Source of the DNA: an uncultured delta proteobacterium
GTDB lineage: Bacteria > Myxococcota_A > UBA9160 > SMWR01
DNA length: 64,000 nucleotides
Direction of reading: 5' to 3'
NCBI GenBank assembly: GCA_963832165.1
Contig: CAWHTE010000004.1
Location: forward strand, 608,001-672,000
Shown: in pieces, positions 20,088 to 29,795 of the stretch
Layout: each line of letters opens with the position of its first letter
How positions within the stretch are numbered: the first letter of the stretch is position 1
Notes under the pieces: generated by a model
The model's database searches: none
Seen by the model: the letters and a program-made list of their open reading frames with translations, nothing else
Told to the model about the DNA's origin: nothing
Translations under genes and position numbers: made by a program

Positions 20088-21023
20088 CTATGCCACTTCG
20101 CGCGGATCGCAGCCCAGCGCGCACACCGAGCGCGGTGACGCGTCGGCGAGGCTCTCGGGCTCGACCTGGATCGTGGCGTGATCGATCCGGTGGCGTCCGC
20201 CGAGCAGTGTGTAGGCCTCGGTGAGCAGCGCCTCGGAGCGCTCGATGCGCGCCACCACGAGATGGCACGAGAGCGCGACCCGGCCGTGTCCGAGCGTCCA
20301 GACGTGGAGATCGTGCACGCTTCTCACGCCGCCGAGCGCACCGAGATCGCGGCGCACGCCGTCGACGTCGAGCCCGCGCGGCGCCGCCTCCATCAGCACG
20401 TCGACCGCCTCGCGGATCAGCTGCCACGCGGACGTGAGCACGAGCGCCGCGATCGCGATCGACGCGGCCGGGTCGGCCCACAGCCACCCGAAGCGCCAGA
20501 CGCAGAAGCCCGCGAACATGGCGCCGACGCTGCCGAGCGCGTCGCTGAGCACGTGCAGCCACGCGCCGCGCATGTTGAGGCTGCGCTCGTGCCCGTCGCC
20601 GAGGATCGCGAGCGCGGCGAGGTTCACGAGGAGTCCGCCCGTGGCGATCACGAGCACGCCCGCGCCCGCGACCGGTTGCGGCGCGGCGAAGCGTTCGAAC
20701 GCCTCGACCGCGACGAACAGCGCGACCGCCACGAGCGCGACGCCTTGTGCGAGCGCGGCGAGGATCTCCGCGCGCGAGCGCCCGTAGGTCCAGCGGTCGT
20801 CTGCGGGGCGCGACGCGACCCACGCCGCGAACAGCGCGAGCGAGAGCGCGGCGACGTCGGAGCCCATGTGGCCCGCGTCGGCCAGCAGCGCGAGCGAGCC
20901 CGTCCACCACGCGCCCACGAGCTCGGCCACCAGATAGGTCGCGGCGAGGCCCAGCGCCGCCGCGAGCCGCGGGCGTGCGCCCAGCGCGCGATGTGCGCCG
21001 TGATCGTGGTCGTGACCCGGCAT
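20088..21023 (-). CDS. Cation diffusion facilitator (ZitB/CzcD-like) metal efflux transporter
   Basis: His-rich N-terminus, SLALLADAGHMGSD, LNMRGAWLHVLSD, VHDLHVW, HATIQVE. Confidence 0.93.
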   Translation of the reverse strand: MPGHDHDHGAHRALGARPRLAAALGLAATYLVAELVGAWWTGSLALLADAGHMGSDVAALSLALFAAWVASRPADDRWTYGRSRAEILAALAQGVALVAVALFVAVEAFERFAAPQPVAGAGVLVIATGGLLVNLAALAILGDGHERSLNMRGAWLHVLSDALGSVGAMFAGFCVWRFGWLWADPAASIAIAALVLTSAWQLIREAVDVLMEAAPRGLDVDGVRRDLGALGGVRSVHDLHVWTLGHGRVALSCHLVVARIERSEALLTEAYTLLGGRHRIDHATIQVEPESLADASPRSVCALGCDPREVA

Positions 21024-21080
21024 GCGGGCCAAGATATCCCGTAAGATCAACGACGCGAACGAGCAAGGAGCGGAGATCCC

Positions 21081-22301
21081 ATGGCCATCGACTTCAGCTT
21101 TCCCCCCGACCTCGAGGCGCTGCGCCTCAAGGTGCGCGAGTTCATGGACACAGTGGTGCGGCCCACCGAGGACGCGATGGACGAGAGCAACCGCGACCAG
21201 CTCGTCGCGGGGATCATCAAGATGCGCAAGGCCGCCCACGAGTGGGGCCTCTGGCTGCCGCACATGCCCACCGAGTACGGCGGCATGGGGCTCGGTCACG
21301 TGGCGATGGCCGCGGTGTCGGCCGAGGCCGCCAAGGCGCGCTTCGGGCCGTTCGCGCTCAACGCGCAGGCGCCCGACGAGGGCAACATGCACACGCTGCT
21401 GCACTGGGGCACCGAAGAGCAGAAGGAGATCTACCTGCGCCCGCTCTGCGAGGGGCGCACGCGCTCGTGCTTCGCGATGACGGAGCCCGAAGTAGCGGGC
21501 TCGGACCCGACGCTGATCCAGACCCGCGCCGTGCAGGACGGCGACGAGTGGGTGGTCGACGGCCACAAGTGGTTCATCTCGGGCGCGCGCGGTGCGAAGT
21601 TCGCGATCCTGATTGCGAAGACCGAGGACGCCCCCGAGATCCCGCAGGCCGGCAACAGCGCGTTCCTGGTCGATCTGCCGGCGCCTGGCTGGGAGATCGT
21701 GCGCGACGTCGAGACGATGTCGGGCGGTCACAACCACTGCGAGATCCGGATCACGGGGCTGCGCGTGCCGAACGACCGCATGCTCGGCGGGCGCGGGCAG
21801 GGCCACCTGCTCGGGCAGGCGCGGCTCGGGCCCGCGCGGCTCGCGCACTGCATGCGCTGGATCGGGCAGGCCGAGACCGCACTCGACCTGATGGTCGACC
21901 GCGCGACGAAGCGCTTCGCGCACGGATCGCTGCTCTCGGAGAAGCAGGGGATCCAGTGGATGATCGCGGACTCGGCGATGGACCTGTACCAGTCGAAGCT
22001 CATGGTGCTGCACTCGGCGTACCTGATCGACAAGGGCGCGGACTTCCGCAGCGAGGTGTCGATGACCAAGCACTTCGTCGCAAACGCGCTGGGCCGCATC
22101 ATCGACCGCGCGATCCAGGTCCACGGCGCGCTCGGCTATTCCACGGACACACCGCTCGCGCAGATGGCCACGCAGGCGCGCTGGGCGCGCTTCGCCGACG
22201 GCGCAGACGAGGTGCATCAGTGGCGCATCGCGCAGCGCACGATCGACGCCTATCAGCGCGACGGAAGCACGCGCGCAGCGACCGGAGATCTGCCGCTCTG
22301 A
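21081..22301 (+). CDS. Acyl-CoA dehydrogenase
   Basis: APDEGNM, CFAMTEP..AGSD, GHKWFISG, AIQVHGALG, DGADEVH. Confidence 0.95.
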   Translation: MAIDFSFPPDLEALRLKVREFMDTVVRPTEDAMDESNRDQLVAGIIKMRKAAHEWGLWLPHMPTEYGGMGLGHVAMAAVSAEAAKARFGPFALNAQAPDEGNMHTLLHWGTEEQKEIYLRPLCEGRTRSCFAMTEPEVAGSDPTLIQTRAVQDGDEWVVDGHKWFISGARGAKFAILIAKTEDAPEIPQAGNSAFLVDLPAPGWEIVRDVETMSGGHNHCEIRITGLRVPNDRMLGGRGQGHLLGQARLGPARLAHCMRWIGQAETALDLMVDRATKRFAHGSLLSEKQGIQWMIADSAMDLYQSKLMVLHSAYLIDKGADFRSEVSMTKHFVANALGRIIDRAIQVHGALGYSTDTPLAQMATQARWARFADGADEVHQWRIAQRTIDAYQRDGSTRAATGDLPL

Positions 22302-22323
22302 CGCGCGCGATCGCCGCAAGTTT

Positions 22324-22350
22324 CGCGCAGCGAGCCAAAGGCGAGCGAAG
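22324..22350. repeat. REP-like repeat, short copy (27-bp core)
   Basis: CGCGCAGCGAGCCAAAGGCGAGCGAAG, same family as 20035-20061 and the 100-bp element. Confidence 0.75.
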
Positions 22351-22354
22351 ACCA

Positions 22355-23260
22355 TTGGGATGGGCTTGCGCGGCGCTCGCGCTGTACGCAGCGGGCTGCG
22401 CGAAGCCGGGCTGGGACGCCGAGCAGTGGGCCAGCACGCGACCCGAGCTCATGGGGCGCGCGGTCGGCCAGCTCGAGGACGTGACGCCCTACGTGCTCGC
22501 GTCCGAGGGCGAGCTCGTGTTCTTCGTGTGCCACTGGCCGCTGAACGAGCCGCTGCGCGTGTCACTGCCGCCCGACGCGAATCAACACGAGCGCGAGATC
22601 CTCGACAAGGCGCTGCGCGCGTGGGAGGCCGTGGTTCCGGGCCTGCGATTCGACGTCGTCGAGGGCACCGCGCAGATCCGGCTGCGCTTCCGCGAGTCCG
22701 GACCCGAGAGCGCGCGCACTGCGGCCGATTGCGAGGTGACTCCGCCGTTCACGGGCGATGCGCTGCGCGCACGGCTCGTCTCGGCACAGATCGATCTGCG
22801 GCGCGCCGAGCGCGATCCGTGGGGCAGGGTGGTCGAGCTCCAGGTGAGTCAGCTGCTCGGGAGCGTCACGCACGAGATCGGACACGCGCTCGGGCTCCAG
22901 GGGCACGCGCGCAGCGGCAAGACCGTGATGGTGCGCGAGACCTACTCGATCGCGAAGATCGGCGAGAAGCTGAACGACGAGAAGAAGCCCAAGCCGCTCC
23001 AGGAGCCCGCGATGCAGGCGCTCTACTCGCTGCCGTCGGGCACGGTGATCGAGCGGCGCCGGCTCGCCGCAGGCGCGACCGCTTCCGTCGACGCGATCGC
23101 GCAGCGCGCGCGAGCGCAGGGCGCCACGCGCGTGCAGGTGCGCGTGGGCGATCGAGCCGGCGCGGTGCGCTGGGGTCCCGGAGACCTCGTGTACTACTTG
23201 AGGGAGCCCGCGGAGATCCTCGCAGGGGATCTCGCTTTCGAGGATGCGCTGACGCCGTAG
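22355..23260 (+). CDS. Matrixin-like zinc metalloprotease, probable lipoprotein
   Basis: HEIGHALGLQGH plus downstream Met (VMV); lipobox-like YAAGC; start uncertain (TTG 22355 or CTG 22298). Confidence 0.7.
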   Translation: MGWACAALALYAAGCAKPGWDAEQWASTRPELMGRAVGQLEDVTPYVLASEGELVFFVCHWPLNEPLRVSLPPDANQHEREILDKALRAWEAVVPGLRFDVVEGTAQIRLRFRESGPESARTAADCEVTPPFTGDALRARLVSAQIDLRRAERDPWGRVVELQVSQLLGSVTHEIGHALGLQGHARSGKTVMVRETYSIAKIGEKLNDEKKPKPLQEPAMQALYSLPSGTVIERRRLAAGATASVDAIAQRARAQGATRVQVRVGDRAGAVRWGPGDLVYYLREPAEILAGDLAFEDALTP

Positions 23261-23288
23261 TCCGCGCGGCCACGCCCGCGGCGCGGGG

Positions 23289-24713
23289 TCACTCCTCGCC
23301 GAGCGCCTTCTTGACCATCGAGAGCTGGTGCGCGACCTCGATGTTGCTCGGCTCGAGCGCGGCCGCGCGCTCGAGGTGCTCGCGTGCGCGCACGGGATCC
23401 GAGGGCGGCGCCTTGAACAGCGCCCAGCCCAGCGCGCCCTGATAGGTGCCTTCCTCGGGCCAGAGCTCGACCGCGGAGCGCAGGAACTCGAGCGCGCCGC
23501 GGAAGTTGCCCTGGCGCGCGAGGATCTCGCCCTTGCGGTAGTTCGTCTCGGCCGCGGCCAGCCGCTCGGCGTCGAGATCCGTCTCGTCGGAGTCGAGCGA
23601 GGCGTCGTAGCTGCGTCGGCGCTTGGGATCCGCGAGCACCGCGTGGGCCTTGCCGATCGCCGCGAACACGCGGCCGGCCTTCTCGCGCGTCTCGCGCTCG
23701 AGGCCTGCGCGCGCGAGAGCGTCGGGGTGGTAGCGCTTGGCGGCGTCGAGGTAGGCGCGCTTGACTGCGGTCGGAGCGGCGTCGCGCTCGATCTCGAGCA
23801 GCGCGTAGTAGTCGAGCTCGTCGAGGCGCACGTACTTCTGGCTGACCTCGAGCGCGAGCACCTCGTTCATGCCCGCGGAGGCCGGGCTTGCGGCCGCGCC
23901 GTCGCGCGCGCGCGCGGCCGCCGCGCCCGAAGACGCGATCTCGGTGAGCACGATCTCGACCTCGAGGTAGTCGTCCTCGTCGTCGGGCTTCTCGCGTTCG
24001 GGCGCGCAGTAGTCGACCGCGCGCGCTGCGTCGATCAGCCAGGCCGCCGCGAGCGCGCGCGGCGTGCGCGCGGTCTGGAGCGCGTTCCAGAGCGTGCGCG
24101 TGCCGTCGAGCGCCTCGATCAGCGCGATCACCGAGTCGTCCGAGCGCAGCCGCTCCTGGATCTGCGGCAGGCGCCGGTTGCGCGCGGCCGCCTCGTTCAT
24201 GTGCGGGGCGAGGTCGGCGAGCACGCGATCCGCGCTCCAATGCGTCTCGATGCCTTCCTGGATCAGCGCGATCAGGTCGGCGCGGAACGGCAGAGCGCCG
24301 TCGGGCGGGGTCGCTTCCCGCTCGAGGTCGTAGCTGCCGCGCGGCCAACCGAAGCACTCGAGCAGCCGCCCGCGCACCTGCTCCTTGAGCGCCAGGAACA
24401 GGCTCTTCGGCTCGAGCAGGCCCAGCTCGAGCAGCGCGACGCCTTCCTTGACGTGGCGCTCGGAGACGTAGGTCGACACGCGGTGGTAGTCGTCGCGCGA
24501 GAGGCGCCCCGCATCGAGCAGCGAGAGGCCCAGAGTCTCACTTGCGAGACTCGACTCGGCGGAGATCGGCGCGCCGCGCTGGAAGCGGAACGACTTTTCG
24601 ATGCGGTCGCGCCGCAGGCGCAGACAGCCATCGAAGCGGGCCGCGGAGAGCTCGAGCAGGAGCCGGGGCAGGGGTGTCCGATCGAGCTCTCCCGTGTCGG
24701 GGATCGCCACCAT
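23289..24713 (-). CDS. DUF4388-like + DnaJ domain + TPR protein
   Basis: GELDRTPLPRLL...GCLRL N-terminal module; J-domain DYYALL...AKRYHPD...VLADPKRRRSYD; C-terminal TPRs. Confidence 0.82.
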   Translation of the reverse strand: MVAIPDTGELDRTPLPRLLLELSAARFDGCLRLRRDRIEKSFRFQRGAPISAESSLASETLGLSLLDAGRLSRDDYHRVSTYVSERHVKEGVALLELGLLEPKSLFLALKEQVRGRLLECFGWPRGSYDLEREATPPDGALPFRADLIALIQEGIETHWSADRVLADLAPHMNEAAARNRRLPQIQERLRSDDSVIALIEALDGTRTLWNALQTARTPRALAAAWLIDAARAVDYCAPEREKPDDEDDYLEVEIVLTEIASSGAAAARARDGAAASPASAGMNEVLALEVSQKYVRLDELDYYALLEIERDAAPTAVKRAYLDAAKRYHPDALARAGLERETREKAGRVFAAIGKAHAVLADPKRRRSYDASLDSDETDLDAERLAAAETNYRKGEILARQGNFRGALEFLRSAVELWPEEGTYQGALGWALFKAPPSDPVRAREHLERAAALEPSNIEVAHQLSMVKKALGEE

Positions 24714-24748
24714 GCTTCGATTTCGGGCATCCCGCGCGGGGACTTGAT

Positions 24749-24850
24749 GCAAGGAGGCCGACAGAGTCGGCCGACGCGCAGCGAGGCGAAGCCGAGCGAA
24801 GGCCGGAAGCCCGAGCGCGAGCGATCAGCGAGCGCGAAGGCCCGGCAAGG
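24749..24850 (+). repeat. ~100-bp structured repeat element, intergenic copy
   Basis: Near-identical to 45883-45983 and 29693-29791 (reverse); bounded by direct GCAAGG; internal GGCCGAC-N3-GTCGGCC and GGC-GAA-GCC hairpins. Confidence 0.9.
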
Positions 24851-24868
24851 GGCGAGCGGATCGAGCGC

Positions 24869-25901
24869 CTACACCGACCGGCGCTGCGAGCGCGCGATCT
24901 GGAACGCGAGCGCGACGGCGGCCTCGAGACCCTTCTCGACGAGCAGCGGCGGGTGGTCGAGGTCTGCGAGCACGGGCTCGGAGAGCGGGGACGGATCGAC
25001 GAAGATCACCTCGGCGCCCCAGCCCTCCGCGGTCTGCACCAGCTGCTCGAGCGCGAGCGCCCCGAACGCCTCGTCGATGATCGCGCCGCCGAGATCCACG
25101 ACGATCACCGAGACCGCCGAGGCGGCCGAGTCGCGCGAGAGCAGCTCGAGCGCCGAGAGGGTCTCGTTCGGGCCCGCATACGGGCAGCACCATCACGGGA
25201 CCCCAGATGTGCACCGCCGCGGCGTCGCGGTCCATGGCCGCCGCGCTCGCGATCTCCTCGGGCAGTGCGCGCTCCGACCCGCGCGTGAAGCGGCTGCGCA
25301 CGAGCGCGCGCAGCTCCGTGAACGGGAGTGCAGCGAGGCTGAGCACTGCGCGCGGATCGCCCTGGGTCGACCACTCGGAGGCCTCGCACGCGACGAACCG
25401 GCAGTCGTGCTCCCCGTTCGCGTTGCAGCTCGTCTCCACCGCGATCAGATCGGCGTCGAATGCGCCCGAGAGCCAGCCCGACGTGTAGCCCGCGCTCAGA
25501 TAGCAGACCGAATCCCGTCCGCCGCCGAGCGCGGTCAGGTGCGCGGACGCCTCGTGGTGGTCGGGCCAGTTTCCCTCGAGACGGATCGCGCCGGAGGCGC
25601 CGAGCGGCTCGAGCGAGCGGCAGGGCATCCGGAGCGGCAGCGAGAGCGAGACCGTGACATCCGAGCGCGCGTCGGCAGTGGCCGCGAGCGCGCGCGTGAC
25701 GTCCTGAAGCCCGTGCAGGAAGCCCATCTGGAGCAGCGTCGCGGCGGTCTGGTCCGGATCGAGCTCCTTGGCGAGCTCACCGTGCAGCGCCGTGAGGAAC
25801 GTCGGATCGAGCACGATGCGAGAATCGCGCGCGAGCACGGCGTCGGCGTCGAAGCCGATCTCTCGGGCCACCGCTTGCGCGGCGTCGTCAGGGGGGCACA
25901 T
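24869..25901 (-). CDS. V4R-domain sensor with C-terminal STAS-like (RsbR-like) domain; +1 frameshift at 25182-25184
   Basis: V4R CYLSAGYTSGWLS...VETSC...HDCRF; after removing one G the frame reads IWGPVMVLPYAGPNE...VIVVDLGG..D...GAEVIFV. Confidence 0.72.
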
Positions 25902-25932
25902 CAGCGGGGGTGGTCCTTGGGCAGCTGCCGGA

Positions 25933-27063
25933 TCAGTCCTGGATGAACGAGTAGATGTCGAACTTCTGGCCCTTCTTGATGAACGACTCGCCCTCGCGCT
26001 CGAGCAGGCGCAAGAACGGCTCGGTCACCTTGGGATCGAACTGGGTACCGGTGTACTTGTGGATCTCCGAGACGACCGCCTCGAGCGTGAGCGCCTTGCG
26101 GTAGGGCCGGTCGCTCGTCATCGCCTCGACCGTATCGGCCACGAGGATGATCCGGGAGGGCAGCGGGATCTCGTCGCCGCGCAGGCGATCGGGGTAGCCG
26201 CGATCTGAGCCGTCGTACCACTCGTGGTGGTGGCGCACGCACGGCGCCACGTCGCGCAGGAACTCGACGGGCTCGAGGATCTTGAAGCCGATCTCGGGGT
26301 GCTGCTTGATCTCGAGGTACTCCTCGGGCGTGAGCCGCTCGGGCTTCGTGATCACGAAGTCGCGCACGCCGATCTTGCCGACGTCGTGGAGCAGCCCCGC
26401 GATGTAGACGCGCTCGATCACGTCCTTCGGGAAGTTCATCTCTCGCGCGATCTTCGACGCGTACACGCCCACGCGCTCGGAGTGACCGCGCGTGTAGGCG
26501 TCCTTCGCATCGACTGCCTCGGAGAGCGCGCGGATCGTCTGCACGTACGCGGTTCGCAGCTGCTGGTGCTTTTCGGCGAGCTGCTTGGTGCGATCGCGCA
26601 CCTTGCCCTCGAGATTGCGGTTCATGTCCTGGAGCTTGAAGTTCTGCTCGCGCGTAACCTGGTTCAGGCGCTTGATCTCGGCCTTGAGGTCGGCGTGGTC
26701 GAAGGCCTGGCGCAGCGTCGCGCGCAGCTCGTCGTCGTTCCAGGGCTTCGTGATCAGGCGGTAGATCTCGCCGCGGTTGATCGCGTCGACCGCCACCTTC
26801 ATCTCGGTGTAGCCCGTGAGCATCATGCGCACGATGTCGGGCTGGCGCTCGCGCACGTGCGCGAGGAAGTCGACGCCCGACATCTCGGGCATGCGCTGGT
26901 CGGTCACCACTACCTGGGTGGGGTGCTTCTCGAGCAGCTCGAGCGCTTCCGCGGCGCGGCTCGCGCACAAGACGTTCATGTCCTCGGAGCGCAGCAGGCG
27001 CTGCAGCGCCTTGAGGATGTTGACCTCGTCATCGACGAAGAGAACGGTGTGTTCGTGTCTCAT
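25933..27063 (-). CDS. Response regulator with HD-GYP cyclic-dinucleotide phosphodiesterase domain (RpfG-like)
   Basis: REC FVDDE...TDQRMP...ITKPW; GHSERV, LHDVGKIG, HHHEWYDGSDRGYP, DRPYR. Confidence 0.93.
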   Translation of the reverse strand: MRHEHTVLFVDDEVNILKALQRLLRSEDMNVLCASRAAEALELLEKHPTQVVVTDQRMPEMSGVDFLAHVRERQPDIVRMMLTGYTEMKVAVDAINRGEIYRLITKPWNDDELRATLRQAFDHADLKAEIKRLNQVTREQNFKLQDMNRNLEGKVRDRTKQLAEKHQQLRTAYVQTIRALSEAVDAKDAYTRGHSERVGVYASKIAREMNFPKDVIERVYIAGLLHDVGKIGVRDFVITKPERLTPEEYLEIKQHPEIGFKILEPVEFLRDVAPCVRHHHEWYDGSDRGYPDRLRGDEIPLPSRIILVADTVEAMTSDRPYRKALTLEAVVSEIHKYTGTQFDPKVTEPFLRLLEREGESFIKKGQKFDIYSFIQD

Positions 27064-27111
27064 GGACGCTCCGGTCCGAGGGCAGGCGGGTAGCCGCCCG
27101 TCTCTCTTCCT

Positions 27112-27128
27112 ATCAAGTGTCGTGCCAA
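27112..27128 (-). promoter_or_regulatory. Candidate sigma-54 promoter for the HD-GYP operon
   Basis: Minus strand TTGGCACG-ACAC-TTGAT: consensus -24 box, variant -12 (GA), ~50 bp upstream of the ATG. Confidence 0.5.
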
Positions 27129-27310
27129 GTGCACTGAATCGCGGGTAACCCGCATCGGCGCGCGGTGTTAGGCCGATATCCGCGCATTGCCGAGGTGGGG
27201 CAGAATTCCCGAATTTGGGACGGGAACGGGACGGGCGTCCCGATCCCGGGACGGGTGCGCAAGGGGTCCGGTATCTTCGGCGCTGCGCGAAACTTGCCCA
27301 TGGAGTCCCG

Positions 27311-28501
27311 ATGACGATTCAGCCGGTCCGTCCGGAGCTGTCGCTGCTCGACGGGCGCTTCTACGCCGACGATCCCCACGCGAACTTCCTGTGGATGCGC
27401 GAGCACGAGCCCGTCTACTGGGACGAGCAGGCGAAGGTCTGGGGCATCACCCGCCACGACGACCTGCAGCAGGTGTCGAAGGACTCGGAGACCTTCTGCA
27501 ACCGCTTCGGCATGCGCCCCGATGCACCGGCGGTTCCGTCGATGATCAACTTCGACGGCGACGTCCACAAGCGGCGCCGCAACCTGGTCAACCGCGGCTT
27601 CACGCCGCGTCGGGTCGCCGAGCACGAGGTGAAGATCCGGTCGATCTGCGCCGCGCTGATCGAGGGTGCGAAGGCGAAGGGGCGCGTCGACTTCGTCGCC
27701 GAGGTCGCCGCACCGCTGCCGATGATCGTGATCGGCGACATGCTCGGCGTGCTGCCCGAGGATCGCGACCGGCTGCTGCGCTGGTCGGACGACCTGATCT
27801 CGGGTCTGTCGCTCTCGGCTCCGCCCGAGAAGATCGCCGCGACAGCGCATGCCGCGATGGAGTACGCCGCCTACTGCGTGGGCGTGATCGCCGACCGGCG
27901 CAGCCGCGCGCCCGCCGAGGACCTGATGAGTCTTCTCGTGCACGGCGAGATCAATGGCGACCGGCTCGACGACGAGGCGCTGGTCCAGGAGTCGCTCCTG
28001 ATCCTGGTCGGTGGTGACGAGACGACGCGCCACGTGATCACCGGCGGGATGTACCAGCTGCTCGTCCACCCGGATCAGCGGCGCAAGCTCGCCGCGAATC
28101 CGGCGGCGATCCCGACCGCGGTCGAGGAGATGCTGCGCTGGGTCACGCCGATCCAGAACATGTCGCGCACCGTCACGCGCGAAATCACTCTGCGCGGCCG
28201 CCAGATGCGCGAGGGCGACAAGGTGATGCTGCTCTACCCGTCGGGCAATCGCGATGCGCTCGTGTTCGACGAGCCGTTCCGCTTCGACGTCGAGCGCGAC
28301 CCGAACCCGCATCTCGCGTTCGGCGGCTACGGCGCGCACTTCTGCCTCGGCTCGGCGCTCGCGCGTCTCGAGCTGCGCGTGATGTTCGAGGAGATCCTGT
28401 CGCGCGTCCAAGACATCGAGCTCGTCGACGACGGGCGGCCGCCGTACCGCAATTCGAACTTCATCACCGGCATCGAGTCGCTGCCGGTCGAGGTCCGCTG
28501 A
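27311..28501 (+). CDS. Cytochrome P450 (resembles CYP125/CYP142 steroid/lipid oxidases)
   Basis: I-helix GGDETT, EEMLRW (ExxR), heme motif FGGYGAHFCLG. Confidence 0.93.
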   Translation: MTIQPVRPELSLLDGRFYADDPHANFLWMREHEPVYWDEQAKVWGITRHDDLQQVSKDSETFCNRFGMRPDAPAVPSMINFDGDVHKRRRNLVNRGFTPRRVAEHEVKIRSICAALIEGAKAKGRVDFVAEVAAPLPMIVIGDMLGVLPEDRDRLLRWSDDLISGLSLSAPPEKIAATAHAAMEYAAYCVGVIADRRSRAPAEDLMSLLVHGEINGDRLDDEALVQESLLILVGGDETTRHVITGGMYQLLVHPDQRRKLAANPAAIPTAVEEMLRWVTPIQNMSRTVTREITLRGRQMREGDKVMLLYPSGNRDALVFDEPFRFDVERDPNPHLAFGGYGAHFCLGSALARLELRVMFEEILSRVQDIELVDDGRPPYRNSNFITGIESLPVEVR

Positions 28502-28507
28502 TCGGTC

Positions 28508-28825
28508 TCAGAGCTTCGGGTGGTGTCCGAGCGGGTCCTTGAACGTGAAGCGCAGCGGCCCGCCGACCAGCGGGCCGAGCGGCTTCGCGATCTCGGTGGG
28601 CCGCGTGAGCGCCACGATCGGCGCCACGGGCACGAGGTAGACGGCGAGGCCCACGACCGACGTGAGCAGCCCGATCGGGCGCATCACGAGGACGTCGAAC
28701 ACGACCGGCACGCTCGACGACTCCCCGGCACCCGACAGGCGGTCGGCGCGCGCGGGCGCAGCGAGCGTGAGAGCGAGACCGGCGATCGCGAACGCAGAGG
28801 CGAAGTGACGGATCCGATTCAGCAT
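28508..28825 (-). CDS. Small exported/membrane hypothetical protein
   Basis: Signal peptide (…APARA), then DVLVMRPIG hydrophobic segment and FKDPLG tail. Confidence 0.65.
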   Translation of the reverse strand: MLNRIRHFASAFAIAGLALTLAAPARADRLSGAGESSSVPVVFDVLVMRPIGLLTSVVGLAVYLVPVAPIVALTRPTEIAKPLGPLVGGPLRFTFKDPLGHHPKL

Positions 28826-28886
28826 CGGCGGAAACCCTCCGGAAGTTCCTCGACTTATCGGGCGGGCGGACCGGAGGGTTGAGGTG

Positions 28887-29795
28887 CTACTTGGGCCACT
28901 CCGGCCAGTCGCGCGACACGGAAAGTTTCCAGTCTGGCGCGCGCCGCTCGAGGTAGGCCACCACGCCCTCGACCGCGTCCGCGCGCGCCATGAGGTGGTG
29001 GTGCAGGGCGGTCTCCTTGCGCTCGATCGCGACCGGATCGAGCAGGGAGCTCTCCCAGAGCAGCCGCTTCGTGACCGCGACCGAGAGCGGGGCGGTGTTC
29101 GCCGCGATGTCCTTCGCGATCGCGAGCGCGGTCGGCAGCACCTCGGCCGCGGGCACGACGCGCGAGGCGAGGCCGAGCCGCTCCGCCTCGAGCGCGTCGA
29201 TCTTGCGGCCCGTGAGCAGGAGGTCGGCGGCGCGGCTGTGTCCGACGATCCGCGGCAGCGTGAAGTGCGCGTACGCGTCGGGCATCACGCCGCGGCGCAC
29301 CTGGACCACGCCGTACTTTCCCTCGCGTGCGAGGATACGCAGGTCGCACTGCAGCGCGATCGTGAAGCCGAGACCGATCGCGTGGCCGTTCACCGCGGCG
29401 ATCACGGGCTTGCGGATCGCGAACGCGGGCGGATCGAACGCGGCCGCCGAGAAATCGGCCGGCTCCTGCGCCGCGAACGTCGCGGCGCCCGGCGCGAGAT
29501 CGGCACCGGTGCAGAACGCATCGCCGGCACCCGTGATCACGACCGCGCGGATCGCGTCGTCGCCGTCGCAGCGGCGGTAGGCGGCGCCGAGCGCCAGGCC
29601 CATCGCACCGCTGAACGCGTTGCGCTGCTCGGGCCGGTTCAGCGTGACGAGCGCGACGCCCCCCTCGACCTCGAAGCGCAGGTCCTCCCCGTTTGCCGGG
29701 CCTTCGCGCTCGCTGCTCGCTCGCGCTCGGGCTCCGGCCTTCGCTCGGCTTCGCCTCGCTGCGCGTCGGCCGCCTTCGTCGGCCTCCTTGCTCAT
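28887..29795 (-). CDS. Enoyl-CoA hydratase/isomerase with a repeat-derived N-terminal extension
   Basis: TLNRPEQRNA, FCTGADL, KPVIAAVNGHAIG; ATG overlaps the upstream stop (ATGA). Confidence 0.9.
   Translation of the reverse strand: MSKEADEGGRRAARRSRAKAGARARASSEREGPANGEDLRFEVEGGVALVTLNRPEQRNAFSGAMGLALGAAYRRCDGDDAIRAVVITGAGDAFCTGADLAPGAATFAAQEPADFSAAAFDPPAFAIRKPVIAAVNGHAIGLGFTIALQCDLRILAREGKYGVVQVRRGVMPDAYAHFTLPRIVGHSRAADLLLTGRKIDALEAERLGLASRVVPAAEVLPTALAIAKDIAANTAPLSVAVTKRLLWESSLLDPVAIERKETALHHHLMARADAVEGVVAYLERRAPDWKLSVSRDWPEWPK
29693..29791 (-). repeat. ~100-bp structured repeat element, in-frame copy inside the enoyl-CoA hydratase 5' end
   Basis: Reverse complement near-identical to 45883-45983; encodes SKEADEGGRRAARRSRAKAGARARASSEREGPA. 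Confidence 0.9.
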
